Shown here piece by piece: positions 24,391 to 34,400 of a stretch of 45,280 nucleotides of DNA (position 1 is its first letter; every line of letters begins with the position of its first letter). Location of the stretch: positions 1 to 45,280 of IMG/VR virus record IMGVR_UViG_3300027656_000001; one strand, written 5' to 3'. The notes under the pieces were generated by a model. It was not told the origin of the DNA. It worked only from the letters and a program-made list of their open reading frames with translations, and searched no databases. The position numbers and the translations under genes were made by a program. The stretch is from a virus (lineage: Duplodnaviria; Caudoviricetes).

Positions 24391-27111
24391 ATGCCCGCCG
24401 TTTCTCAGCAGATCGACAACCTGATAGGAGGGGTATCCCAGCAGCCTGATTCCCTGAAGCTGGAGGGCACCTTTGTCACCTGTGATAACTTTCTACCCGA
24501 GCCGGCCTTTGGCCTGATCAAGCGCCCTGGCCTCAAGCACATCTCTCAGCTCAGTGGGGCCCTGAGCGGGCCATCGAGGTGGGGTATACTTGATCGGGAC
24601 GACGAGGAAAAGTACCTAGTCCAGATCGGTCGCACCGCAGGAGCTTCGATGCTCAAGGTGTGGGATGCCCAGAGTGGCGAGACCCAAACCGTCAACGCCA
24701 TATCCGCAGGGGCCCAGGGTTACCTGGCACATAAAACCGATGACGACCTAGAGCTGCTCACCGTGGGTGACTACACCATGGTGCTGAACCGTAAGGTGAC
24801 GGTCACGCAAGGAAGCCTTTCTAGCCCGACAGATGTGCCCTATGCGATCGTCAGCATCAACGCGATCGGATACAGCAGCCGCTACGAGTTCACTCTATCT
24901 CCATCGACCCTCTACACCTTTACGACCTCTCACACTGCAGGGAGCACCTATCTGAGCCTCAGGGACGTCACCGATGGCCTAGCTACGGTGATCAACGCCG
25001 GCGGCATCCTGACCGCGAAGGTGGTGGGTCCTTATCTCTATGTGAGGCGGGTCGATGGTGCAAACTTTGACGCCACGGTTCAGGGCGGCACGGGAGGTGC
25101 GGCAATCGCCATTGCCAAGGGAAAGGTCTCCAGCCCCGCAGAATTACCCAGGCAGTTCATTAACAACGCCCGGATCCAGGTCCTCAGTGGAGAAGGCTCT
25201 GATGGTGAGGATTACTGGGTCACCTTTAAGACTGACAACGGAGTCAACGCAGGCGTTGGTGTATGGGAGGAGACGATTGGTCCTGGAGTCAACAACGGCT
25301 TCAACGTCGACACGCTGCCTCATGCCCTCATCCGAGAGGCTAATGGTACCTTCACCCTACGCAGGCTGGGCCTGGCTGAAGCCCTGGCCACCTTGCCTAG
25401 TGTATCGACTACAGGCATTGTCAGTGCGGTTACCGTTCTCAGCTCCACCAGGGGCCGGTACCTGGCAGGTCAAACTTTCTGGACCCGAGGAGGCACAGGG
25501 ACCAACCTCAGGCTCAGGGTGGAGACCACCGACGTCTCTGGGAATATCCTCACCGTTACCGTCAGTCGACCTGGATCAGGGTTCACCGCAGCTAATGTGG
25601 TAACCAATGAGTTCGGGGATACCTTCACCATCACGTCGGCTGTCACAGCCACAACCACTGTCGATCCGTTTGCCAAGCTATACTGGGTAGACCGTCAAGC
25701 TGGGGACATCACCACCAACAGCTGGGCAACCTTCAAGGATGCTACGATTGATGGTATCTCGTTCTTCAAGAACAGGCTGGTCCTATCCAGCCAGGACAAC
25801 GTCATCACCAGCGTTGCAGGCGACTACTTCAACTTCTTCCAAACCACTGTTACCACTCTTCTATCGTCGGACCCAGTCGACCGCTCTGCAGGATCAACCC
25901 GTCCTCTGAGATTCCGGCGTATGCTCCCATACCAACGTGGACTTCTCTGTTTTTCAGACAATGGACAATACAGCCTTGAAACCAATACTGAAGCCTTCAG
26001 CACCCAGACAGCTGAAATGGTGGAAGTGGGTTCCTACGACATGTTGTCAAATCTGGCTCCGGTTGACATCGGTCCAAGCATCCTCCTTGCCAGTCAAGGC
26101 GCCCGCTCCACCTCTGTGTTCGAGGCTCAATTCACAGCTGAAGGCCAGAGCCGTACACGAGTTGCAGAGCTAACCAGGGCCGTCCCCAGGTATCTGCCTG
26201 CTGATATTCAGGACATGCAGGCCACAACCACGGCCTCGATGGTGACCTTCCGTAGCAAGCAGGCAGAGGGCCAACTGTTCTGTTTCAAGTTCTACGACGT
26301 AAACGGCGAGCGAAAGCAGGCGGCATGGTTCAGGTGGATCGTCCCTGGGGTCATCGAGCACCAGTCCTTTTCTGGCAACGTCCTCACGTTGGTACTACGA
26401 TCCAAGACCAACCCAGCAACCCTAAGCCTGGCTAGCGTCACCATCGACAACAACAACTCCAACAGCCCCCTGGTCTTCGAAGGAAACCAAGTGGACGTGA
26501 GGCTAGACATCCACACCTACAATCCCTCGATCTTCTACAATGCCACTAACGACACCACCGAGGTAGGCATTGCCGACCACCTAGCTGATTACCAGGGCCT
26601 AACGTGGGAGTGCGTGACAACCAGCACCACCAATCCTGGGATCACCTTTACCGGTCCCCTGGTCAACACGGCATCCAATCCAGCCGGCCGTAGGTGGCAC
26701 CTCCAGGTCCCAGGGGATCTCAGTGCTAACACCTTTGCCATCGGCGCCTGTATCCGCTCAGAGGCCACGCTCCCAGCCTTCTACGTTAAGGATCGGAACG
26801 AGAAGCGCGACACCAGGAACATCCCCATTATCCACCGGGTCACCTTCTCGAGCTTCAACTCGGGATCCTTCCAGGTAGAGGTCAATAGCCTTGGCCGTGA
26901 CCTATTTGTGGCAACCCTCGAGCAGAAGGTCGCAGGAGCCTACATCCCAGGAGCCATCCCAATGGTACGCAATCGCACCAACACCGTGCCTGTCATGGCT
27001 AAAGGCGATGCTACTGCCGTCAAGATTGTGGCCCCCTACCTCTTCCCTGTTGCCATTGACAGCATCCTGTGGGAAGGTACATATGACACCCCCGGACAGC
27101 AGCGACTATGA
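24391..27111 (+). CDS. Tail tubular protein B (gp12-like)
   Basis: NLIGGVSQQPD, GLIKRPG, LPHALIR, FFKNRL, Q.AWFRW. Confidence 0.94.
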   Translation: MPAVSQQIDNLIGGVSQQPDSLKLEGTFVTCDNFLPEPAFGLIKRPGLKHISQLSGALSGPSRWGILDRDDEEKYLVQIGRTAGASMLKVWDAQSGETQTVNAISAGAQGYLAHKTDDDLELLTVGDYTMVLNRKVTVTQGSLSSPTDVPYAIVSINAIGYSSRYEFTLSPSTLYTFTTSHTAGSTYLSLRDVTDGLATVINAGGILTAKVVGPYLYVRRVDGANFDATVQGGTGGAAIAIAKGKVSSPAELPRQFINNARIQVLSGEGSDGEDYWVTFKTDNGVNAGVGVWEETIGPGVNNGFNVDTLPHALIREANGTFTLRRLGLAEALATLPSVSTTGIVSAVTVLSSTRGRYLAGQTFWTRGGTGTNLRLRVETTDVSGNILTVTVSRPGSGFTAANVVTNEFGDTFTITSAVTATTTVDPFAKLYWVDRQAGDITTNSWATFKDATIDGISFFKNRLVLSSQDNVITSVAGDYFNFFQTTVTTLLSSDPVDRSAGSTRPLRFRRMLPYQRGLLCFSDNGQYSLETNTEAFSTQTAEMVEVGSYDMLSNLAPVDIGPSILLASQGARSTSVFEAQFTAEGQSRTRVAELTRAVPRYLPADIQDMQATTTASMVTFRSKQAEGQLFCFKFYDVNGERKQAAWFRWIVPGVIEHQSFSGNVLTLVLRSKTNPATLSLASVTIDNNNSNSPLVFEGNQVDVRLDIHTYNPSIFYNATNDTTEVGIADHLADYQGLTWECVTTSTTNPGITFTGPLVNTASNPAGRRWHLQVPGDLSANTFAIGACIRSEATLPAFYVKDRNEKRDTRNIPIIHRVTFSSFNSGSFQVEVNSLGRDLFVATLEQKVAGAYIPGAIPMVRNRTNTVPVMAKGDATAVKIVAPYLFPVAIDSILWEGTYDTPGQQRL

Positions 27112-27557
27112 CCTACACCCTCATCCCAGCCACCACTGATCACGGCATCCTCCTAAACGTCTCCCTCTGCGAGGACGATCGGAGGGAGCTGTGGGCCAGC
27201 TCGACCCAACCTCTGGGTGCTGTCATGCGTGGAATCTTCGACTCCGTGGCCCCTGTGACCATCCTAGACAAGCACGGCAGCATCGCGGCCATTGCGGGGG
27301 TCGTGCATGTGTCAGACGTCCTAGGGGCCCCCTGGATGCTCTCCACGGATGCAACCAAGACGGAGCCCCTGGCGTTCGTGCGGCAGGCTCGAGAATGGGT
27401 AGACCAGCAGCTTACAGTCTACGAGCGTCTGGCCCATCGAGTCTACCGCTACAACCACGATCATATCCGCCTCCTCAAGCTCCTAGGGTTCAAGGTCGGA
27501 GAACCCAAAAACCACTCCCACCTATTCCTCCCCTTTGAACGATGTGTGTACCCATAG
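27108..27557 (+). CDS. Internal virion protein A / GNAT-like protein (gp13-like)
   Basis: DRREL, PWML.T, N..HIRLLK.LGF; position. Confidence 0.75.
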   Translation: MTYTLIPATTDHGILLNVSLCEDDRRELWASSTQPLGAVMRGIFDSVAPVTILDKHGSIAAIAGVVHVSDVLGAPWMLSTDATKTEPLAFVRQAREWVDQQLTVYERLAHRVYRYNHDHIRLLKLLGFKVGEPKNHSHLFLPFERCVYP

Positions 27558-28210
27558 CCCTAGCCCTAGGCGTTGCCTCCTTCGCCACCAGTGCAGTTGG
27601 CTCCATCGCCAGCTACAGCCAGGCCTCTCAGGAAGCCGCAGCCCAGAACCAGTACCAGCAGCGGCAGTTTGAACTGCAGACCCAGGCCTGGAACCAGCAA
27701 GAAGCAGCCTTGAATCGGCAAGAAAAGCTGAACCGAGAAGCTGCATCCAAGGCCTATATCTCGTCACAGCTCCAGATCCAGAACGAATACAAGAAGAGTG
27801 CCATCCAGGCTGACAACATGAGGCTGCAGGCTATGCGCCAGGCTGCTGACATCCAAGCCAGCGGCAAATCTGGCCGCAGCATCGGCATCTTAGCCATGGA
27901 CCCGGATCGGGAATATGGGCGAGACCTGGCTGTTCTAGGCTTGAACCTAGGCTACGCCCGGGACGACTACTACCAGTCGATCGACAGTATCTTCGACCAG
28001 GCAACCTCAGCCAATGCCCAAGTAGCTTCGCAACGCAGCCCAGCTCCAAGTACGCCCACGAAGGTCAAAGGGCCTAGCTCGCTGGGGCTGATTGCTGGTC
28101 TGGGTGGAGCGGCGCTCTCCGGCTATGACACCTTCAGCTCCCTCAAGGCGCCTAAAGGGACGATCCCTAAAACCCAACCCAAGGGCCAGACCCGAACTGG
28201 CTTCGGCTGA
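27542..28210 (+). CDS. Internal virion protein B (gp14-like)
   Basis: MC start, hydrophobic N-terminus, Q/A-rich coil, SG.SGRS. Confidence 0.8.
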   Translation: MCVPIALALGVASFATSAVGSIASYSQASQEAAAQNQYQQRQFELQTQAWNQQEAALNRQEKLNREAASKAYISSQLQIQNEYKKSAIQADNMRLQAMRQAADIQASGKSGRSIGILAMDPDREYGRDLAVLGLNLGYARDDYYQSIDSIFDQATSANAQVASQRSPAPSTPTKVKGPSSLGLIAGLGGAALSGYDTFSSLKAPKGTIPKTQPKGQTRTGFG

Positions 28211-28240
28211 TCCCCACTCGAAACTCCCCCTGAGCAAACC

Positions 28241-31200
28241 ATGGCCATCGACTACAAACCGCAGGGTCGCCGTGTGGCTCTGGGCGGACCTGGATCCCGT
28301 GAATTCAGCCCTGTCCAAGCTGCAGACAACTCGCAGAACGTCCTGAGGCAGGGACAGATGGCCTTGGACAGCTTCGCCAAAGCCCAGGAAGCCACCCTTA
28401 CCAACTCAGCCAAGGATCTGGAGGCACTTGCCCAGCTATCCAAGACTGCCACCACGTTTCTGGTTGATCGTCAGAAGGGCATCAACGAGAATGACCGGAA
28501 GCTAGGCATTGCTGACATCCTCAACGGAGACAGGCAGCCCAAGGCAGAGGCCTTGCAGACCTACCGAGAGAATGCCGAGCAGCTTAAAACGGCAGCCCAG
28601 GGCGAGCAGAGGGCCCTGAATACCCTCCAGGAGACCCAGCCTGTCCAGGCACTTGAGATCCGTGCCAACGATCCAGTGGTCAATGCGTGGCGGTCCTATG
28701 GACAGGCCCAGGGCATAGCCATGCAGGCCGCCGGCAGTGCTGAAGCCCTCCTCCGGCAGACTATGGGTTCGACCGATGCAACCGTAGAAGTAACGGACGC
28801 CCAGGGCAACACCCGGATGATTGCCCCCTCAAGCGCCAGCACACCTTCTGAGTTGAATGCCGTGTGGGCTGTGGCGCTTCAACGCTTCATTGGCACCAGT
28901 GGGTTGGATGGACCCAACGGTGCTATCAATCCATTGCTTGTTTCTGAGTTGGTTGCACCTGCGATCATGAGGATCAAAGGTGTCATTTTTGAAGAACAAT
29001 ATAATCGAATAGCCAAAGATCAAGCCGCCAAAGCTGAAGATCACACCCTAACTGTAATGGCTGCGGCCATTGCTCGGACTGATTTTAACAACCCTGTGGC
29101 CCTCCACGGTCTCTTCCAGGACGGTGCTCAGGCGTTTGTTGATAACGTGCCAGGGATGACTCGTGGAAAGGCCAACGAGCTAGTCTATGATCGCCTTCTG
29201 CAAGCGGCCAAAGGCAAAGGAAGGGTCGACGACGTCACAGCAGTCGAGAATACTCCGATAGCTGAGGACGGTAGTGACTCCAAGGGCACTCTAGGTACCC
29301 GCTTCCCGGAGAAAGCTCAAGCAGCTAGAAATGCCATCCTCGCCCAGAAAGATGCCGACGCTGCAAGACTTAAGGCCGAGCAAAAAGTCACGGTAGAAAA
29401 TATCGTTAATGCCTACAATGCTAGCATACTAAAGGCATCCCCCGATGAGGCAGCCAGGGCATACGATACGACGGCTGCAGCTTTGGCAGAAGCAAGAAAA
29501 CAAGGACTAGAGGGAGCAAGTGAGGCTGAGGTGGAGCACAGCGCCAAACCTCGCCGCCGAGCCGGCCAGCCCTACCTAGATGCTATTATTCAAAAGCAGA
29601 TTGACACGCCAGGCTTCTACAGCAAGGAGCAGATCCAAAAAGAGATCGCTGATGGTGTCCTTCCCCCTGGGTTTGACAATCGGATGACATTCCCTAGTGA
29701 TGTCCTTGCACCGACTCTACAGGGCTGGGAAAAACGAGCCAATGCAGCGGCTAAGGGTTACTTTCTTAATCTCCTACTGGAAAAGAACTTCAATATCAAT
29801 GACGTTGGAGGTGCAAAAATAGCCACCAGGACAAACCACCTAGTTGATGAATTGATGCTAGGATTACGGAAGGGCCTTGCTCAGGATCCCAACCTCAATC
29901 CAGACCGGGCCATTGAGGACATGATGAAAGAGTTCTCGAAGAGGCCTTGGTACCAGATTAACCCCACCAGATCTAAAACACCTGGATTCCCTGTTGACTT
30001 CAAGGAGCCCCTGGAACCCAATCGAATAAGCGTCAACATTGGCGCCAACGGTAGGTCCACCGTGACCGATTACAGGGGATTTCCGTTGCAGCCGATCGAC
30101 TACAAGACTCTACCCATACGACCAAAAGATCGTCTTGTCGAGGAGAGCGCCCTCAAGGAAGCTACTGCAGCCCTCAAAAAAACCGGCTCACTCCCTGACA
30201 ATATGCTGCCTGCTGTGCGGGCCACGGGTCTCACGCAGACCGAGTTCAGTAGAGACCAGATTAAAGCCCCTCGAGGCCTTGCTGGCTTAGAAGCCCGGGC
30301 ATCCCAGGGCCTACAGGAGGCCATCCTGGACAACCCCCGGTCGACACCTATCGAGCGTGTCTACGCCCAGCTGCAGATCCAACGGAAACAGCTGCTCCTG
30401 CAAAACCAACAGGTAGCTCCTGGCGCCCTCGCTCCTGAGACCGCAGACCTCCTTAGAGATCTCGGCAAGAAGGAAGGAGGCGCCCGGGCCTACGAAGCGG
30501 CCAACAGAGGAGCCGCCATGGATCTGCCCAACGGCATCCCAGGCCTCACCAGCATGACCATCAAGCAGGTTCAAGCCTCCGGGGCACGTCACGTTGGCAA
30601 GTACCAGTTCAAGCTGGGTCAGGGTCAGGCTCTTGCCGAACTCACGACTCGCTTGGGCCTCACCGGCAACGAGAAGTTTACCCCTGAGCTCCAGGACCGC
30701 ATGGCTGCCGAACTGATCTGGGGTGGCTGGAAGCGTCCTGCTCTCACGGCCTACCTCAAGGGCGGCGGCAACCTCGAGCAAGCTGTAGCGGACTTCAACA
30801 ACGAGTGGGAAGCCGGCAAATTGACCTTCAACGCTCGACCATACCTCCGAAAGATGCGAGCCGCCTATCAGGTTCGTGGCGCAGGGGCAGTGGGTCAGGC
30901 TGGGAACTTCAGCAAGGCCAACGTCACCTCTATTGACTACGAGCGCAAGGGTCGCGGTGACTCCTACCAACCAGGAGGGGTCGACATTAACTTCCAGGAC
31001 AAGCAATTCCCTGCCCTTCTTCCAGGCAAAGTCATCGAGATCGGTGAGCAGAAAGGAGGCTACGGCCTCTGGGTCGTAACTGAACATGAAGATCCCAAGA
31101 CAGGCCAACCTTTCCAGCTGATCAATGCCCACCTGGATGCCATCCACGTCAAGGAAGGACAGACCCTCCAGACCGGCACCGTCCTGGGCCGCCAGGGAAG

Positions 31201-31333
31201 CACCGGCACCACCTCCGCCGGAGGCATCGCCTCCATCGACCCCATCATGCCTGCCCCCCGTGGCAGCCGTGCCCAGGTCCCATATATCCGCCCAGCTGTC
31301 CTCAAGGAGCTCCTGGGCACCCTCATCCGGTGA
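28241..31333 (+). CDS. Internal virion protein C (gp15-like) with C-terminal lysozyme-like and degenerate M23 domains
   Basis: Position; KKEGG...GKYQF...QDRMA; GGYG.WV...AHL..I.VKEGQ...G..LG.QGSTG. Confidence 0.8.
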   Translation: MAIDYKPQGRRVALGGPGSREFSPVQAADNSQNVLRQGQMALDSFAKAQEATLTNSAKDLEALAQLSKTATTFLVDRQKGINENDRKLGIADILNGDRQPKAEALQTYRENAEQLKTAAQGEQRALNTLQETQPVQALEIRANDPVVNAWRSYGQAQGIAMQAAGSAEALLRQTMGSTDATVEVTDAQGNTRMIAPSSASTPSELNAVWAVALQRFIGTSGLDGPNGAINPLLVSELVAPAIMRIKGVIFEEQYNRIAKDQAAKAEDHTLTVMAAAIARTDFNNPVALHGLFQDGAQAFVDNVPGMTRGKANELVYDRLLQAAKGKGRVDDVTAVENTPIAEDGSDSKGTLGTRFPEKAQAARNAILAQKDADAARLKAEQKVTVENIVNAYNASILKASPDEAARAYDTTAAALAEARKQGLEGASEAEVEHSAKPRRRAGQPYLDAIIQKQIDTPGFYSKEQIQKEIADGVLPPGFDNRMTFPSDVLAPTLQGWEKRANAAAKGYFLNLLLEKNFNINDVGGAKIATRTNHLVDELMLGLRKGLAQDPNLNPDRAIEDMMKEFSKRPWYQINPTRSKTPGFPVDFKEPLEPNRISVNIGANGRSTVTDYRGFPLQPIDYKTLPIRPKDRLVEESALKEATAALKKTGSLPDNMLPAVRATGLTQTEFSRDQIKAPRGLAGLEARASQGLQEAILDNPRSTPIERVYAQLQIQRKQLLLQNQQVAPGALAPETADLLRDLGKKEGGARAYEAANRGAAMDLPNGIPGLTSMTIKQVQASGARHVGKYQFKLGQGQALAELTTRLGLTGNEKFTPELQDRMAAELIWGGWKRPALTAYLKGGGNLEQAVADFNNEWEAGKLTFNARPYLRKMRAAYQVRGAGAVGQAGNFSKANVTSIDYERKGRGDSYQPGGVDINFQDKQFPALLPGKVIEIGEQKGGYGLWVVTEHEDPKTGQPFQLINAHLDAIHVKEGQTLQTGTVLGRQGSTGTTSAGGIASIDPIMPAPRGSRAQVPYIRPAVLKELLGTLIR

Positions 31334-31368
31334 TGTAGGCACCCCTGCCCCTCACCATCCGATCACAT

Positions 31369-31398
31369 AGCCCCGCTGGATGCGTCCGGTGGGGTTTT
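31369..31398 (+). terminator. Terminator-like hairpin between the gp15- and gp16-like genes
   Basis: GCCCCGCTGGA-TGCG-TCCGGTGGGGT followed by TTT. Confidence 0.55.
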
Positions 31399-31421
31399 CG
31401 GTATCACCTGCTCCTACACCC

Positions 31422-34400
31422 ATGCCCGCTCCCAAGTCCATCTACGACGAGCCCGCCAACCTACTCCTGCCTTCTGTAACCAATCCAGGTCCCGAAGACA
31501 TCGCCGCCGAAGAGGAGCGGAAGCGCAAGGAACGGGAACTCAGGGCCAAAGCCGCGCTTGCCCAGAAAGCACAGGCCAACAAGGTCAAGGGTCTGTCTCC
31601 CAGCGGACGCAAGCTAAAGGCCAAAGACAAGCCCCAGCCTGCGGCCCCAACCCCACCAAGAAAACTTCTACCGGATAACCTCGAGGATAAAGCCCCGTGG
31701 CTTCCTATTTCCTGGGCACGAAAAGCTCTAAAGGATGACGGAAAGGAAGGAGCCCTGGGCCTAATCAAAGAGACGGCAAGAGTAGCCGATGCGGCTATAA
31801 CCCAAATGGTTGAAGGTGTAGCTGAGACTGCCCTATGGGGGGCTACTTCAGCCTACAGTTTCATTCAAAAAAACACCAACAAAAGTCTGATAGCTAAAAT
31901 CGCAGGTGGTCCTCTACCGGCACTACCCAAATCTTGGGACCCACTGGAAAAGGAATACCGGTACACGCTTATCAACTCGATGAGTAAGGACAACCGGCCC
32001 TCCAGTTGGGTAGGCAACATGGGCGCTGATGTCCTGAGCTTTGCCACCGCCACCACCAAAGTGGCCGCGATGCTGCCTAAGATTGGATTGGTGGCACAAA
32101 CCGCTGGAAAAGGGAAGCTGGCAAAGACGGCAGTTCAGGCTGTAACCGGCCTCCCTGCCAGCTTTGTCGCTGACTTCCTCCTGACCAAGCCCGGTGATCC
32201 CAACTTCGCCAGCATGGTCCGGGACCTGCCATTCGTCAGTCCAGAGATTGAAGACGTGGTGAGCCTGGGTCTGGCATCCAGTCGTACCGACAACGCTTTC
32301 TGGTCTAAGCTCAAAGCAGGCGTAAGCGGTAGCCTCCCAAGCGCCGTAGGTGATGCCCTTACCTTCCTGATAGCGTCTCGCAAATGGAGCCTGGGCTTTG
32401 CAAAACAGGGTATGCCCCCCGATGAGGCCATGGCTCGCGGTGTCGCCGCCGGCGCCGAAGAAGCTAAAGCAGCCAAAGCAGCCAGTACCGGCCTAGCCGA
32501 CAAGCAGTGGCCCGTTGCCACCACCGGACGCCTCCGGGAACTGGAGACCAAACGAGTCGAGCTGGAAGCCGAGCTGGCTGAACTGGACCTCCGGGCCATC
32601 GGCAAGCCTCTTACACCAGAGCTGAAGCAGGAGCTGGATAACCTCCAGCCTACCGATCCCTCGCTGAAGACGCCAGAGGCTGCACCTGAAACCTCCCCCG
32701 AGCTGCAAGCAGCCGAACAGCGGCTCAAGGAGATTACCTCAAAACCTGACCCTGATACGACCGAGTTTGAGGCAGCTGCTGCCGAAGTCGACCGACTGAC
32801 CGCAGAGCAAGCCGCCAAGGCTGAACCTGATGTACCTCCTCTCGAGGATGGAGCTGTCCAGCAGGAAGCCAAGCGGATGGAGGATATCAACCGCCAGCTG
32901 GCCGACATCAACGACGAGAAGGCTCAGCTAGAGATGGATCTCTCGTCAGATCCTGCCAGCCTCCGAGCCGAGGATCAGGCCACTTTCGACGAGTCCACTA
33001 CCCCCAGCCAAGCCGCTGCAGATCAGATCCGACTCGAAACCTCCGTGCCTCGGATCGCCCGACGCGCTGATGTCGACCCAACCATCCTCAAAGGCGCCAC
33101 AAGCCCTACAATGGGTAAAAGCCCCAGTGTATTCACCGACGCCTTCTACAAGATCCTGCAGACCGCCCCAGACGTCACCGAGGCCACCATCAAGGTGATC
33201 CGGCAAACGGCCTCTGACATGGACCTCCGGGCCATTTCCAAGGCTGCTGGACGTCCCATCAACGAGGTGGTGGCAGATGCTACTCGCTTCATCGACGCCT
33301 TCAGGCAGGCTAATGCTTCTGCAGGGGACGCCGTAGCCAGTGGCGACGACCTGATCCAAACCCTGCGGGAGCAAAAGTTCACCAAGACCGTGACGGAGGA
33401 TGGCAACTCCAAGGAGCTGCTGAATGCCCAGGGGATCGTGGCCGCCAAGACCATCATCACGGACACGGCCAACCAGATCTACCAACTAGCCCAGAGCATT
33501 GACGAGCTCTATACCGCCGGCCGCAACCCAGGGAACCAGATGGATCGCTTGGTGGATCGCCTGGTCGCCATCTCGGAGCTTCACAAACTTACGGGTGCAG
33601 CCAGCGGCTACAGCCTCCGCATGTTCCGGGAAATCATTGGAGGCCAAACTGGCAAAGTGGCCCCTGACATGACCCCTAGTGCTGCAAAGGCACAGCAAAC
33701 CAAGTTCCTCAAGGATTGGGCCACGGACGTCAAGAAGCTATCCCGTGCAGGCCAAGATGCCGCCGCTCAGGAAAAACTTCAGGCCTTGGTCAAGGTGCTG
33801 GTGCTCAATGGTGGAGACCCAGGCGGCACCGTCCGTCAGTTTACCCTCCTCACCCGAGTCGGCGCTCAGTTAGCGATGGACAACATCTATAATTCGATCC
33901 TCTCGGGACCTATCACTCAGCTAAGAAATGCCACTGGTAACTTCTACTCGACAGTCGAAAAACCCCTGAGCCTGGGCCTTGCGGGTGTGTTTAGGAATGA
34001 TGCAGCCGCACGTTATGCTGCTGTTGCTGCCTATCGGGGTCTTTCTGAATCCCTCAGTGACGCCTTTGAGGTGATGAGAATCTCCTTTCAAACTGGCGAA
34101 CCCTTGCAGGTCAACCGACGCTTTGTCCTCCAAGAGGCAGATGCTCTAGCTAAGCTCGAAGCCATCCGACTCACCACCGGTGAAATCAAGCCGGGGATGG
34201 ATCCCAAAGCCTACTCCAGGGCTGTGGCTGAGAACGCCGCACTGGGGGTAGTAGATACCCTGTATAGGGTCCGCAACAACTCACTCTTCAACTGGTCCAG
34301 TCGTGCCCTAACGGCTGCAGATGACTTCTTCAAGATCATCAACAGTCGGATGAAGATTGCCATGGATTCCGCCTATGCGGCCCATAGTGCCGGCCTTTCA

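Noticed and set aside
30311-31342. Long minus-strand ORFs (also 16819..17535, 22908..23621, 32135..32911, 38669..39355)
   Set aside because: Antisense shadows of strongly codon-biased + strand genes, with no recognisable motifs.
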